This document shows, piece after piece, positions 26,696 through 37,187 of a DNA stretch of 64,000 nt. How positions within the stretch are numbered: the first letter of the stretch is position 1; each line of letters opens with the position of its first letter. Source of the stretch: Sphingorhabdus sp. (GTDB taxonomy: Bacteria; Pseudomonadota; Alphaproteobacteria; Sphingomonadales; Sphingomonadaceae); the NCBI RefSeq assembly GCF_035329025.1, contig NZ_DAOLHN010000011.1, positions 353 to 64,352 of the forward strand. The letters are read 5' to 3'. Below the pieces are notes generated by a model that saw nothing but the letters and a program-made list of their open reading frames with translations, searched no databases and had not been told where the DNA came from. The position numbers and the translations under genes were made by a program.

Positions 26696-28444
26696 ATGAA
26701 GAAACTGCTCCTCGCTTTCACTGTCCTCGCTTTGCCCGGCTGCGCCAGCACCCGCATGGCGAATGAGACGGTCGCGCCGGTTGATATCCGTATCATCGGC
26801 ATCAACGACTTTCACGGCCATCTCGATCCACCCAAGGCAACGACCGAAGTTCCCAACGAAGCAGGCGTAAAAGTCCGCATCCCATCCGGCGGCGTCGCCT
26901 ATCTCGCCTCTGCCATCGACTCGCTGAAGGCGGATGCACCGAACAATGTCGTGGTGGCTGCAGGCGACCTGATCGGTGCCTCGCCGCTTTCCTCCTCGCT
27001 GTTCCTCGACGAGCCCTCGATCATGGCAATGGGCATGGTGGGGCTGGAGTTTAACGCGGTTGGCAATCATGAATTCGACCGCGGCACCGAAGAATTGCTG
27101 CGCATGCAGAGCGGAGGCTGCGAAAAGTTCACGCAATCCGAGCCGTGCCGAGTCGACAAACCCTTCCCCGGCGCGAAGTTCAAAATGCTGGCTGCGAACA
27201 CAAAGAGGGCCGATGGCAGCACCCTGTTCCCGCCCTTCGCGCTCAAGAATTTCGGCAAGGGCAAGGCGCAGGTGACCGTGGGCTTCATCGGCATGACGCT
27301 CGAAGGGACCGCGAACCTGGTTTCTGCCGGACGGATCAAAGGCATCAGCTTTGCCGATGAGGCAGACACCGCCAATGCCTTGGTCCCGCAACTCAGGAAT
27401 GCAGGTGCGGATGTCATCGTCGTGTTGGTTCACGAAGGGGTGAACAACAGCGGCGATATCAACAATCCCAAATGTGATGGCGTTTCGGGGACTTTGTTTC
27501 CGATACTCGACCGGCTGGACCCGGCTGTCGATCTGGTCGTTTCTGGCCATACGCATCAGAGCTATGTCTGCGACTATGCCAATATCAACCCGGCCCGCCC
27601 GATCCTGCTGACCAGTGCCGGTTCGCGCGGTCAGGTCGTGACCGGTATCGATCTGAAGGTCGACCCCCGAACCGGCAAAATCCTATCCAAAACCGCGCGC
27701 AATGTGGTGGTGCAAAGCGAGGCCTTCTCCAATGCGCGCGGCGAAGTGCCTCTGGTCGAAGGCTTCCCTATCTTCGCGCCGCGTGCTGATCTGGCAGCGC
27801 TGGCCAGCCGGTATCGGGAAGCGGCGAAGGCAGAGGCCAACCGCGTGGTCGGAACGCTAGCGGGCGCTGCGACGCGCGACCGCGGCAAGACCGGCGAGAG
27901 CGTGCTGGGCAATCTGATCGCAGACGCCCAGCTCTCGGCAACCGCGGGTGCCGAAAATGGCGGCGCACAGATTGCCTTCATGAACCCCGACGGCATCAGG
28001 GCCGATGTTGTGCCGGACGCCGACGGTAACGTCAGCTTCGGAATCGTTTTCGCAGCGCAACCCTTCGGCAACACGCTGATCACCAAAACGCTGACGGGAA
28101 ACCAGATTATCGGAATATTGGAGCAACAGCTCAATAATCCGGACTGGTACCGCATTCTTTCTCCATCGAGCGGCTTCCGCTTCGGATATGACCTGTCACG
28201 TCCCATTGGCCAGCGGGTATTGTTTGCGACGCTGAACGGCGTGTCGCTTGACGCCAACGCATCATACCGCGTCACTGTCAGCGACTTCCTGTCAAACGGT
28301 GGCGATGGCTTTTCGCTGTTCAAGGATGGCACCGATCCGGCAGTGGGGCCCACCGATCTGGAAGCTTTCATTGCATTCCTGTCGCGTGGCGGAACCACTG
28401 CGCTGCCAACGCTCTACCGGGTCGAGAACAAAACCCCGCAATAA
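26696..28444 (+). CDS. Lipoprotein bifunctional metallophosphatase/5'-nucleotidase
   Basis: Lipobox LPGC, INDFHG, GD, GNHEFD, GHTH, NPDGIR, PFGN. Confidence 0.92.
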   Translation: MKKLLLAFTVLALPGCASTRMANETVAPVDIRIIGINDFHGHLDPPKATTEVPNEAGVKVRIPSGGVAYLASAIDSLKADAPNNVVVAAGDLIGASPLSSSLFLDEPSIMAMGMVGLEFNAVGNHEFDRGTEELLRMQSGGCEKFTQSEPCRVDKPFPGAKFKMLAANTKRADGSTLFPPFALKNFGKGKAQVTVGFIGMTLEGTANLVSAGRIKGISFADEADTANALVPQLRNAGADVIVVLVHEGVNNSGDINNPKCDGVSGTLFPILDRLDPAVDLVVSGHTHQSYVCDYANINPARPILLTSAGSRGQVVTGIDLKVDPRTGKILSKTARNVVVQSEAFSNARGEVPLVEGFPIFAPRADLAALASRYREAAKAEANRVVGTLAGAATRDRGKTGESVLGNLIADAQLSATAGAENGGAQIAFMNPDGIRADVVPDADGNVSFGIVFAAQPFGNTLITKTLTGNQIIGILEQQLNNPDWYRILSPSSGFRFGYDLSRPIGQRVLFATLNGVSLDANASYRVTVSDFLSNGGDGFSLFKDGTDPAVGPTDLEAFIAFLSRGGTTALPTLYRVENKTPQ

Positions 28445-28583
28445 TCCGCCAAAACCCTTGCATTCCCAGCCATTCCGGCGTAGTGGCGCGCCTTCGCCCG
28501 GGACTGCCCGGCCGAAATGAAGAAAGCCGGAGGGGCGCTCGCATGGGGCGACGTCAGCGATCGGTAAGAGAAGGAAGACGCCC

Positions 28584-29018
28584 ATGCCGTTGTACGAGCA
28601 TGTTTTTTTGGCGCGTCAGGACCTGTCACAAGCACAGGTAGATGCGCTGGCTGAAAATGCCACCAAGATCGTCGAAGAGAATCAGGGCAAGGTCGTGAAG
28701 ACCGAAACCTGGGGCCTTCGCAGCCTTGCCTACAAGATCCAGAAGAACCGCAAGGCGCATTTCGTGATGCTCGACCTTGACGCTTCGGGCGATGCCATCG
28801 CCGAGCTGGAACGCCAGACCCGCATGAACGAAGATGTGATCCGTTACATGACCGTCCGCGTGGACGAGCATGAAAAAGGCCCGTCGGTGATGATGCGCAA
28901 GCAGGAACGCAGCGACCGTGGTGATCGCGGTGGCTTTGGCGACCGTCCTGACCGTGGCCCCCGCCCCGACCGTGGTGATCGCGAAGCCCGCGCTCCCCGT
29001 GCTCAAGAGGAGATCTGA
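28584..29018 (+). CDS. rpsF: 30S ribosomal protein S6
   Basis: [23 protein letters not shown]. Confidence 0.98.
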   Translation: MPLYEHVFLARQDLSQAQVDALAENATKIVEENQGKVVKTETWGLRSLAYKIQKNRKAHFVMLDLDASGDAIAELERQTRMNEDVIRYMTVRVDEHEKGPSVMMRKQERSDRGDRGGFGDRPDRGPRPDRGDREARAPRAQEEI

Positions 29019-29021
29019 TCC

Positions 29022-29246
29022 ATGGCACGTCCGTTTTTCCGTCGCCGCAAGTCCTGCCCCTTTTCGGGCAAGGATGCTCCGCGCATCGACTATAAAGATA
29101 CCCGCCTGCTTCAGGGTTATATCTCTGAACGTGGTAAGATCGTTCCCAGCCGCATCACCGCCGTTTCGGCGAAGAAGCAGCGTGAACTCAGCCAAGCCAT
29201 CAAGCGTGCACGCCATCTTGGCCTCATGCCCTATGTCGTGAAGTAA
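29022..29246 (+). CDS. rpsR: 30S ribosomal protein S18
   Basis: [23 protein letters not shown]. Confidence 0.98.
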   Translation: MARPFFRRRKSCPFSGKDAPRIDYKDTRLLQGYISERGKIVPSRITAVSAKKQRELSQAIKRARHLGLMPYVVK

Positions 29247-29257
29247 GGAGAAGACCC

Positions 29258-29932
29258 ATGGAAATCATCCTGCTTGAACGCGTGGAAAAGCTGGGCCACA
29301 TCGGTGATGTCGTCACCGTGAAGGACGGTTACGCCCGTAACTTCCTGCTTCCCAACAAAAAGGCGCTTCGCGCCAACGAAGCCAACCGCAAGGTTTTCGA
29401 AGCCAATCGTGCGAAGATCGAGGCAGACAATGCCAACCGTCGCGGCGATGCCGAAAAGCATGCGACCAATGTCGAAGGCAAGCAGATCGTCCTGATCCGC
29501 GCGGCTTCGAACACTGGCCAGCTTTATGGCTCGGTTTCGGTCAAGGACATCGTTGACGGCCTGAATGCACAGGACGCGAAGGTTTCGAAGGCGATGATCG
29601 TTCTCGAACGCCCGATCAAGACCCTCGGCGTGTTCGACGTCAAGGTCGTTCTGCACCCCGAAGTTTCGGTGACCGTCACCGTCAACGTTGCGCGTTCGGA
29701 CGATGAAGCCGAACTGCAGAAGGACGGCGTCAACGTCATCGACCAGATGTTCGAAGACGAACAGGCTGAACTCGCAGCCCAGGCCATCGAAATGGCCGAA
29801 GCCCGCGAAGCTGCGGCTGACGAAGCCGATGCCGCCGACGCAGCCCGTATCGAAAAGCTGAAAGAAGAACAGGCCGCCGCCAAGGCAGCCGAAGGTCTTT
29901 CGGCTGACGCAGGCGAAGACGAAGCCAACTAA
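29258..29932 (+). CDS. rplI: 50S ribosomal protein L9
   Basis: VKDGYARNFLLP, LYGSV, PIKTLG; acidic C-terminal tail. Confidence 0.98.
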   Translation: MEIILLERVEKLGHIGDVVTVKDGYARNFLLPNKKALRANEANRKVFEANRAKIEADNANRRGDAEKHATNVEGKQIVLIRAASNTGQLYGSVSVKDIVDGLNAQDAKVSKAMIVLERPIKTLGVFDVKVVLHPEVSVTVTVNVARSDDEAELQKDGVNVIDQMFEDEQAELAAQAIEMAEAREAAADEADAADAARIEKLKEEQAAAKAAEGLSADAGEDEAN

Positions 29933-29957
29933 GCTTCCGTCGCAGACGCAAACAAAG

Positions 29958-29989
29958 AGCCGCCCCGCCACACGCCGGGCGGCTTTTTT
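29958..29989 (+). terminator. Rho-independent terminator of rpsF-rpsR-rplI
   Basis: agccgccc...gggcggct followed by a T run. Confidence 0.85.
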
Positions 29990-30392
29990 GTTGCGCCCAA
30001 CACAACTTTGGGCGCGGAGCTTAACAACGCATAACCGGAGAAAATTCTCTTTGCTTACTTAGATTCTAGCCTGCCCGACTATTCAGGAATCCCTAGGCAT
30101 GCAATTTTGATGGTATTGGAAAAAGAGATGATTGGTGGCCTGTACCGTCATTGAGTGACCAGCAACTTTCAGCGCCAGGCTCGCAAACCAGTAATACATT
30201 GCAAGCGCAAAGCGCTTACGAAAGGCCGCACTAATGTCGGCCGGTCGACAAAGACGACATACAGCATCGTCTGAGTTGTAACGCAATGTTGACCGTGACA
30301 TAGATCACAGCACCACGACCTTAGTATCCACCATTGCCAAGCACAATAAATCTGGCAAGGTTGCGGATTAGGCTGTTGGGGACAAAAGCAGA

Positions 30393-32846
30393 ATGATGAA
30401 GCGGTTGACGGTATTGGCAACGGCAATGTTGCTTCCATATGGGGCAAGCACACAGACTGTTGAGCCAGCCAAGACGGTACTGACGCCGCTTGTAACGTCC
30501 GCTCCGCGCCTACCGTTCGATGCCAATAGTCCGCAGACATGGGCCCCACTCACCAAATACCCGATTGACAAGCTGCCTCCGGAAATGGCCGATGCTGTTA
30601 GGATGTACGAACGCATTGTTGGCCCCGCCAACGCTATGGCCCCCGTAAGTACTGGTGTTGGTGGACCGCAGTTTGTTATCAACGCGGCCGTTCCGGTAAA
30701 AAACAATATCCTCGTGCGCCCCAAAACCTGTCTGCCGGAGAAGCAAACGATATCTGCACGCTGGCTTCCGCTGAACCAAAACCCTGAAGAGTCTCCCGAA
30801 AGCTATTATGGCGACGGGGTAAACTGCGCACCTGATGGATATGGAATGCTAACCTATCGCAATGGTACAGTATGGATCGGAGAGGTCGCGGAAGTCTATC
30901 ACAGTCAGTATATAGAAAAAAATGGATCAGAGAAAGCTTTGAAAAAGAAACAAAGCTTTATCGCGGTTGTGCCAGTTGGCGTCGGCATTTTGCGAACAAG
31001 AGATCGAAAAAAATATGGTGGAGGTTTGATCGTACGATCTGTGTTCAAATCGAAGGCTGATGTTACGCAACTGCCGATGCCGCTCCAGCAAGACCCTCAA
31101 TTGAAGATTTATGCCATACCCAAAACGATCGTTCCGGTCGGGCGACTATACGAAACTAATTATGCTGTTGGTCTCGATCATGCTGGAAATGGACAAGGTC
31201 AGCTATTTTATGCAGATGGTAACCGCCTAACCGCGCTTTTCAAAAATGCAGTCGTCGCTCCAAAAGCCATTGGTCGACATTATCTACCGAACGGCGATCA
31301 ACGTTCTGGCGAGGTCGCGTTCACAGGTCGATCAGGGGTAAAATTGACAGGAATTGTTGAAGAAACACTCCGAAATCCAGATCCGATTAGCAAAGTTCCT
31401 GCCGGAAAATATCTGTTCTTCCATAGAAGAGGAGAAGACGGGGATTGGGTGCGAGAGCTGATTAGACCGCTGGGTGAAACATTGTTCGCCGGTGGACCAA
31501 AGCCCGCACATTGTTTGGAGCCAAGCTTTCGGCCGGCGGATTGGGTGACTTTTTGGCCAATGTGTCGTGACAAGGGAACCAATAAACAAGGGAAATCTGT
31601 CCCGGCCTTTTCTGTCTCTTTCTCTCCAAATGGAGAGCAAGCTATTTGGGAATATTTCGGTGATGGAGCAGGTTCGCAGGACGACCGCGAAAAGTGGCAA
31701 TTTTTCTGGCAGCAACTGGATTCATCAGGGAAGCTAGTGCGTTCTGTCGCTGCTAATATGCTAACTACAGCGCCCGTATTCGGACCGGTTGGTTTTGCCC
31801 GTGCATCTGATTCAAAGGGAGAGTTTGCTGGAGAGTTTCTGGGGCTAGTACCTAATGGACCTGGCACATGTCGGCTATGGGAAGAGAAAGGTAGCGAACC
31901 ATGCTTTTATGCCAATGGTGTACGAACCGATGAAATTCACCTAGCCCGACAGGAACTAAAGGCGCTCGAGTTAGAGACTAAACGTGAAAATGAGCGTATC
32001 GCGGCAGAACGTGCAGCCGAAAGGCAGCGCATAGAATTGGTACAACAAAACCACGAAATCAAGCTAGCAGAGGCACGGCGGCAGGCGGAGCAAGCAGAAA
32101 TTGATGCCGAAAATGCAGAGATCGATGCGCAAAATGCTGCCCAAGGCAACCCGATCGCCAATGTTTTTGCAGATTTGAATGACAAATTCAGGGTTGCGGC
32201 AGAAGAAAATCGACGCGGCTGGGAAGAGGTTGACGCGATCAACGCCGAGCAGCGCCGACAGGCTGAGGAACGCGCTGCAGCGGCAAGAGCCGAGCAATCC
32301 CGCCAGGCTCAAGTCAATGCCGAGGCATCACAGGCAAGAAACCAGCAAATCGCACAAGCGCAGGCACAAAGTGCTGCCGAAGCACAACGACGTCACAAGG
32401 AAGTCCGGGCTAGGCTGGAAGCAGCGAAGCAGAAAGCGGCTGCGGACCGGGCGATTGCATCTCAAGCCTCCGTCAATCAAAGCAATGGCAATGGCACAGC
32501 TGGCGGTCAGGCAAGCGCGGCTGCTGTAAATATCATATGGCTGGAAGGCGTCGTGATATGCCCCGCGAAGGAAGGCTTCATAGGCAGTACAATGTGCCAC
32601 GGCCCTTTCCAAAATGCGCTTGTGAACCTTACCGTGCCTGCCGAAATTGCCAGAGCATGCGGCACAAGTCAGCCGGTTCGCAATATGGGGACACTAGCGG
32701 GGAACCGCGTTTACGGTTGCGGTTTCGGCATCAATCCGACGCAGGACAGCTCACCGCATATCGATCAAGCCAATCGTTTTGGTATTAATGTGCCTAACCG
32801 GCAAATTTACCGCTGCCCGCAAACCCAGTCGACTATTTGCCGCTAA
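30393..32846 (+). CDS. Orphan secreted protein: MORN-like beta repeats, coiled coil, Cys-rich C-terminal domain
   Basis: 817-aa ORF with signal peptide; visibly AT-richer than flanks. Confidence 0.8.
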   Translation: MMKRLTVLATAMLLPYGASTQTVEPAKTVLTPLVTSAPRLPFDANSPQTWAPLTKYPIDKLPPEMADAVRMYERIVGPANAMAPVSTGVGGPQFVINAAVPVKNNILVRPKTCLPEKQTISARWLPLNQNPEESPESYYGDGVNCAPDGYGMLTYRNGTVWIGEVAEVYHSQYIEKNGSEKALKKKQSFIAVVPVGVGILRTRDRKKYGGGLIVRSVFKSKADVTQLPMPLQQDPQLKIYAIPKTIVPVGRLYETNYAVGLDHAGNGQGQLFYADGNRLTALFKNAVVAPKAIGRHYLPNGDQRSGEVAFTGRSGVKLTGIVEETLRNPDPISKVPAGKYLFFHRRGEDGDWVRELIRPLGETLFAGGPKPAHCLEPSFRPADWVTFWPMCRDKGTNKQGKSVPAFSVSFSPNGEQAIWEYFGDGAGSQDDREKWQFFWQQLDSSGKLVRSVAANMLTTAPVFGPVGFARASDSKGEFAGEFLGLVPNGPGTCRLWEEKGSEPCFYANGVRTDEIHLARQELKALELETKRENERIAAERAAERQRIELVQQNHEIKLAEARRQAEQAEIDAENAEIDAQNAAQGNPIANVFADLNDKFRVAAEENRRGWEEVDAINAEQRRQAEERAAAARAEQSRQAQVNAEASQARNQQIAQAQAQSAAEAQRRHKEVRARLEAAKQKAAADRAIASQASVNQSNGNGTAGGQASAAAVNIIWLEGVVICPAKEGFIGSTMCHGPFQNALVNLTVPAEIARACGTSQPVRNMGTLAGNRVYGCGFGINPTQDSSPHIDQANRFGINVPNRQIYRCPQTQSTICR

Positions 32847-32882
32847 GAATGTAAATTCAGGACAGTTCCGCCCCCTCCCCCC

Positions 32883-33314
32883 TCAAGCCCCGCAAAGCTG
32901 CTCCGCCAGCGCGTGGCCCATATCAGCCTCGGGGAACACCACCTTGGAAACGCCCAGCCGGGTCAGGATCAGGCCGTGCTGGCGGGTCGAAGCCTTCGCC
33001 CAGATATCCTTGATGCCCAACTCCTGGAGCGCGAGGACGGAGAGCACGCTGCCCTCCAGGCTCGCGCCGATCGCGACCACGGCATAGTCGACCTCGTTCA
33101 CGCCCAGCGCGCGCAGCGCCTCTGCCTCGGTTGAATCCGCCTGCACCACATGCGGCAGGTCGTCGGCGAGTTTCTGGACAATATCGGCATTGCCATCAAT
33201 GCCGACCACCTCATGCCCCAGCTCGACCAGACGCAGCGCAACAGCCTCGCCAAAGCGGCCAAGGCCGATCACCGCGACGCTTTTCTTCTCCGCGTTTTTT
33301 GCTTTCCTAGCCAA
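32883..33314 (-). CDS. ktrA: TrkA/KtrA potassium uptake regulatory subunit (RCK_N only)
   Basis: VIGLGRFG, VAIG, VVFPE; TTG start overlapping the ktrB stop. Confidence 0.85.
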   Translation of the reverse strand: MARKAKNAEKKSVAVIGLGRFGEAVALRLVELGHEVVGIDGNADIVQKLADDLPHVVQADSTEAEALRALGVNEVDYAVVAIGASLEGSVLSVLALQELGIKDIWAKASTRQHGLILTRLGVSKVVFPEADMGHALAEQLCGA

Positions 33315-34707
33315 TGAGAACCTCCTCTTTTGGGTAATGGTAAAATACGGGTTTGCCGCGTGACGCAAGCGCCGCGAACAAGGTAATCGGGCCGACCCGC
33401 CCGACGAACATCAGGAATATCAGCAGATATTTGCCGGAATCGGTGAACTGTGCGGTAACGCCGGTGGAGAGGCCGACGGTAGCGAAGGCCGAAACTGCCT
33501 CAAACATCGCATCGCGCGGGGCAATCTGCGGCGAAAGCGCGACGAGCAGATAGCCGAGCCCGAGCACCAGCACCGTCGCGAGCGCGACAACCGAAATGGC
33601 ACGCCGCTGATTATGCTCCCCGATGCGGCGACCGAATGCCTCGACATCGGGCTTGCCGCGGATTTCGGACCAGATGATCAGCAGGATGACGACCACCGTC
33701 GCCACCTTGACGCCGCCCGCAGTCCCCGCGCTGCCCCCGCCGATGAACATCAGGATAGAGGTGAGCATCAGCGACTGGTCGGAAAGCTCCCCGATATTGA
33801 CCGCGTTGAACCCCGCGGTGCGCGCGGTGACCGACTGGAACAGGCCGTTGAGCACATGCGCGTGCGGCTCCATATTGCCCATCGTCGCGCCATTTTCCCA
33901 TTCAAGTATTATGAACAGCAGCGCGCCCGCAACCAACAGGAAGGCATAGCCATAGAGCGTCAACCGCCCGTGCAGCGAAATCCGCTTCCAGCCGCGCTGC
34001 GTCCACATGTCGCGATAGACCGGATAGCCGATGCCCCCCGCGACAACCGCCGCCATGATCGGGGTGAGGAACAGCCAGTCCGATTGGAAGCCCATCAGAT
34101 TATCGCTCCACAGCGCGAAACCGGCATTGTTGAAGGCAGAAACCGCGTGGAAGAGCCCGTTCCATGCCGCGTCCGCCAGCGGCTGGCCATGGCCAAGCGC
34201 AAGCCAGCCAAACAGCCAGAGCCCGACTATGGCTTCGAAGGTGAAGGTGAAGGCGACGATGATCTTCAGCAGCGGGCGGACATTGCCCGGGGTGATCCCG
34301 CTATTTTCCGCCGCCAGCCCGCGCCTGATGCCAAAGCCCATAGTGCGGCTGAACAAGGCCACGAGCAGCACCGAGGCGCTCATAATGCCAAGGCCGCCCA
34401 ATTGGATCAGCACGAGGATCGTCAGCTCACCCTGCCCCGACCAGTGGTTGGGCACATCGAGCGTCGACAGCCCGGTGACGCACAGCGCCGAGACAGCGGT
34501 GAACCAGGCGTCGACAAAAGGCGTCCCCTGCCCGCTTTCAGTCGCCGAGGGCAATGACAGAGCAAAAGCGCCGAGCAGCGAGACGAGGAAGAAAAGCAAC
34601 GGCACGATCTGCACCGGCCGCGCGAACAAGAGGTTCACCAACCGGTCGAGCGTGCCGACGGCGAGCCGTTCTACAAGATGTTCGGGATGATGTGGTTGTT
34701 CCGCCAA
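33307..34707 (-). CDS. ktrB: TrkH/KtrB potassium uptake membrane subunit
   Basis: SALCVTGL, SAFNNAGF, TARTAGF, SAFATVGLS pore loops. Confidence 0.92.
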   Translation of the reverse strand: MAEQPHHPEHLVERLAVGTLDRLVNLLFARPVQIVPLLFFLVSLLGAFALSLPSATESGQGTPFVDAWFTAVSALCVTGLSTLDVPNHWSGQGELTILVLIQLGGLGIMSASVLLVALFSRTMGFGIRRGLAAENSGITPGNVRPLLKIIVAFTFTFEAIVGLWLFGWLALGHGQPLADAAWNGLFHAVSAFNNAGFALWSDNLMGFQSDWLFLTPIMAAVVAGGIGYPVYRDMWTQRGWKRISLHGRLTLYGYAFLLVAGALLFIILEWENGATMGNMEPHAHVLNGLFQSVTARTAGFNAVNIGELSDQSLMLTSILMFIGGGSAGTAGGVKVATVVVILLIIWSEIRGKPDVEAFGRRIGEHNQRRAISVVALATVLVLGLGYLLVALSPQIAPRDAMFEAVSAFATVGLSTGVTAQFTDSGKYLLIFLMFVGRVGPITLFAALASRGKPVFYHYPKEEVLIG

Positions 34708-34798
34708 GACTTTCCCCTCTGCCGCAGGGCCTTAACGGCAATGATTGTGCTGGGGAAGAAAAATGCCGTGGCGATGCCACAGCCAGTGCACAGAGCAT

Positions 34799-34884
34799 CG
34801 TCATTCCCGCGAAGGCGGGAATCCATCACCGGCTATTCAAATTTACTCGTCCGGTGATGGACCCCCGCCTTCGCGGGGGTGACG
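34799..34884. repeat. REP/MITE-like element, family B, copy 1
   Basis: cgtcattcccgcgaaggcgggaatccatcaccgg ... ccggtgatggacccccgccttcgcgggggtgacg inverted arms. Confidence 0.85.
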
Positions 34885-34925
34885 AACTTGGGGTGAAGGT
34901 AGGGAGAAAAAACTATCCGGCGTCC

Positions 34926-35561
34926 TCAATAACCCATCAGACTCATCACTTCCTTGCGGCTCGACTGGTCGTCAAGGAAGCAGCCGAGCAGTTTGGAAGT
35001 GACCATATTGACGCCGTGCACCTTCACCCCGCGCCCGGTCATGCAGCCGTGCTGCGCCTCGATCACCACCGCGACGCCTTCTGGCTTCAGATGCTCCCAG
35101 ATGCAGTTCGCGACCTCTGCCGTCAGCCTTTCCTGCACCTGCAGGCGGCGGGCAAAACCGTGGAGGACGCGGGCGAGCTTGGATATGCCGACAACACGGT
35201 CGGTCGGCATGTAGGCGATTGAGGCCTTGCCGATGATCGGCGCCATATGATGCTCGCAATGCGACTGGAACGGAATGTCCTTGAGCAGCACCAATTCGTG
35301 ATAGCCGCCTACTTCTTCAAAAGTGCGCGAAAGATGGACAGAGGGGTCTTCGCCATAGCCGGCGCAATATTCGCGCCAGGCACGACCGACACGGCGCGGT
35401 GTATCGATCAGGCCTTCACGGCGCGGATCGTCACCCGTCCAGCGGATCAGCGTCTTGATCGCTTCAAGCACCTCGTCTGGAACGACAACCTTGCCACTCT
35501 CGTCAATCTCGTCATCATAGTGAATGTGCGCGATGGGAAACACCATTTCGGGTCTGTTCAT
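34926..35561 (-). CDS. folE: GTP cyclohydrolase I
   Basis: TPRRV, SHCEHH, GISKLAR, QVQERLT, HGCM..RG. Confidence 0.97.
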   Translation of the reverse strand: MNRPEMVFPIAHIHYDDEIDESGKVVVPDEVLEAIKTLIRWTGDDPRREGLIDTPRRVGRAWREYCAGYGEDPSVHLSRTFEEVGGYHELVLLKDIPFQSHCEHHMAPIIGKASIAYMPTDRVVGISKLARVLHGFARRLQVQERLTAEVANCIWEHLKPEGVAVVIEAQHGCMTGRGVKVHGVNMVTSKLLGCFLDDQSSRKEVMSLMGY

Positions 35562-35654
35562 GCTGGTCCTCCTGCCGATCAACTCGGTCTATGGCCTATC
35601 CAGCTACGCTCGCCCGCCTTTCCATTCCATACAGCCAAAGGCCTTTAGGGTTAA

Positions 35655-36308
35655 TCACCCGATAGCCTGCCCCGTTTTCGCCCAGTCAGCGAGGAAACCT
35701 TCTATGCCCTTGTCGGTCAGCACATGTTTGAACAGCCCTTTGATCACCGAAGGTGGAGCGGTCATCACGTCAGCACCGATCTTTGCCGCCTCAAGCACAT
35801 GGATGCCATGGCGCACGCTGGCGACGAGGATTTCGGTACCGAAATCATAATTGTCGTAGATCAGGCGGATATCGGAAATCAGGTTCATCCCGTCAAAGCC
35901 ATTGTCGTCATGACGACCGACGAAAGGCGAAATGAAGGTCGCCCCTGCCTTGGCCGCGAGCAGCGCCTGGTTGGCCGAGAAGCAAAGCGTGACATTGACC
36001 ATCGTGCCGTCGCTGGTCAGCGCCTTGCAGGTTTTGAGACCGTCGATGGTCAGCGGCACCTTGATGCAGACATTGTCGGCAATCTTGCGCAGAACCTCCG
36101 CCTCTTTCATCATTGTCGCATGATCGAGTGCGACGACTTCTGCCGAGACCGGCCCGTCGGTCAACCCGCAAATCTCTTTGGTCACTTCCATGAAATCGCG
36201 GCCCGATTTCATGATCAACGAAGGGTTGGTGGTTACACCATCCAGCAGGCCGGTTGCGGCCAGTTCCTTGATGTCGTCGATTTCGGCGGTGTCGGCGAAG
36301 AATTTCAT
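35655..36308 (-). CDS. fsa: Transaldolase / fructose-6-phosphate aldolase family
   Basis: [30 protein letters not shown]. Confidence 0.93.
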   Translation of the reverse strand: MKFFADTAEIDDIKELAATGLLDGVTTNPSLIMKSGRDFMEVTKEICGLTDGPVSAEVVALDHATMMKEAEVLRKIADNVCIKVPLTIDGLKTCKALTSDGTMVNVTLCFSANQALLAAKAGATFISPFVGRHDDNGFDGMNLISDIRLIYDNYDFGTEILVASVRHGIHVLEAAKIGADVMTAPPSVIKGLFKHVLTDKGIEGFLADWAKTGQAIG

Positions 36309-36393
36309 TGGTGCGCAGCTCTCAATAGATGGGTGGAATCACTTCACCGCCTATAGGCAAAAGCGCCATCGCTTGGACAGCGCTATATTGCGC

Positions 36394-37074
36394 CTATTTG
36401 AGCAAACCGAACACGGCGATCAGCATCGGGTCATTGGTCTTCTGCGGATTCGCGCGGATGCCTTCTTCCTCAAGCCCGATCGCCGCCCAGATCGCATCGT
36501 CGGCCTTGCGGGTGATATCCTGACCGAGCGCCTGCATATCAAAGCCGGTGACCGACTGGACCGCGCGGTTGATCACCTGATCGTCGAACAGGCGCAGCCC
36601 TTCGGAAATGCCCGGCAGCATGGCGTCGAACAGCGCAATGCCCATCTTTCCGCGCAGGAACCGAGTGGCGGCTTGCGGCCCGCCGCGCACGATTTCGTCG
36701 GCAGCTTCGATGCTGACCATCCGGATCGTATCGGCAATCAACGGGGCGGCACGCTCGGCACCTTTTTCGGCAGCCCGATTGAGTTGGCGATGCAGCCGGT
36801 CGCGGAAGGACTGGCTTTGCAGCACAACCGACAGGATTCCCGTCCCGCGACTGCCACCCAACCGGTCAGGCAAGGCAATGCGCGCAACCGAGTGATCGTA
36901 GAAACCACCGGGTTGCAAAAGCAGTGCGAACGCATTTTGCGATGCCGCCACCAGCAACCGGCGAATGACTTCGGCAAGGCTGTAGCGCGGACCGGACGCG
37001 CAGCCGGCCAGAGCGAGCGTCGCCCCTGCTGCACTCGCAAGCAAAAACTGGCGGCGTTCAAACACTATCGACAT
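36394..37074 (-). CDS. DUF4197-like exported protein
   Basis: Tat/lipoprotein-like RRQFLL...LAGC; LNRAAE, I..EE..IR.NP pattern. Confidence 0.75.
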   Translation of the reverse strand: MSIVFERRQFLLASAAGATLALAGCASGPRYSLAEVIRRLLVAASQNAFALLLQPGGFYDHSVARIALPDRLGGSRGTGILSVVLQSQSFRDRLHRQLNRAAEKGAERAAPLIADTIRMVSIEAADEIVRGGPQAATRFLRGKMGIALFDAMLPGISEGLRLFDDQVINRAVQSVTGFDMQALGQDITRKADDAIWAAIGLEEEGIRANPQKTNDPMLIAVFGLLK

Positions 37075-37187
37075 GAAACGACTCCTCCCAAACCCTATCG
37101 CGTTTGAATATCAGAAAAATTCCGTCTCTGCCATGAATGGGACGCCAAATACGTGACGCAGCGATGGGCGCACCCTATATCCGCCGG

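Noticed and set aside
25355-27556. 733-aa - strand ORF
   Set aside because: Shadow of the Mur ligase and 5'-nucleotidase genes.
28900-29018. RGD/DR repeats in the S6 tail and acidic L9 tail
   Set aside because: Low-complexity tails are common in alphaproteobacterial S6 and L9.
30083-30301. 72-aa ORF in the AT-rich spacer before the orphan gene
   Set aside because: No RBS or recognisable motif; cannot be supported as a gene or pseudogene.
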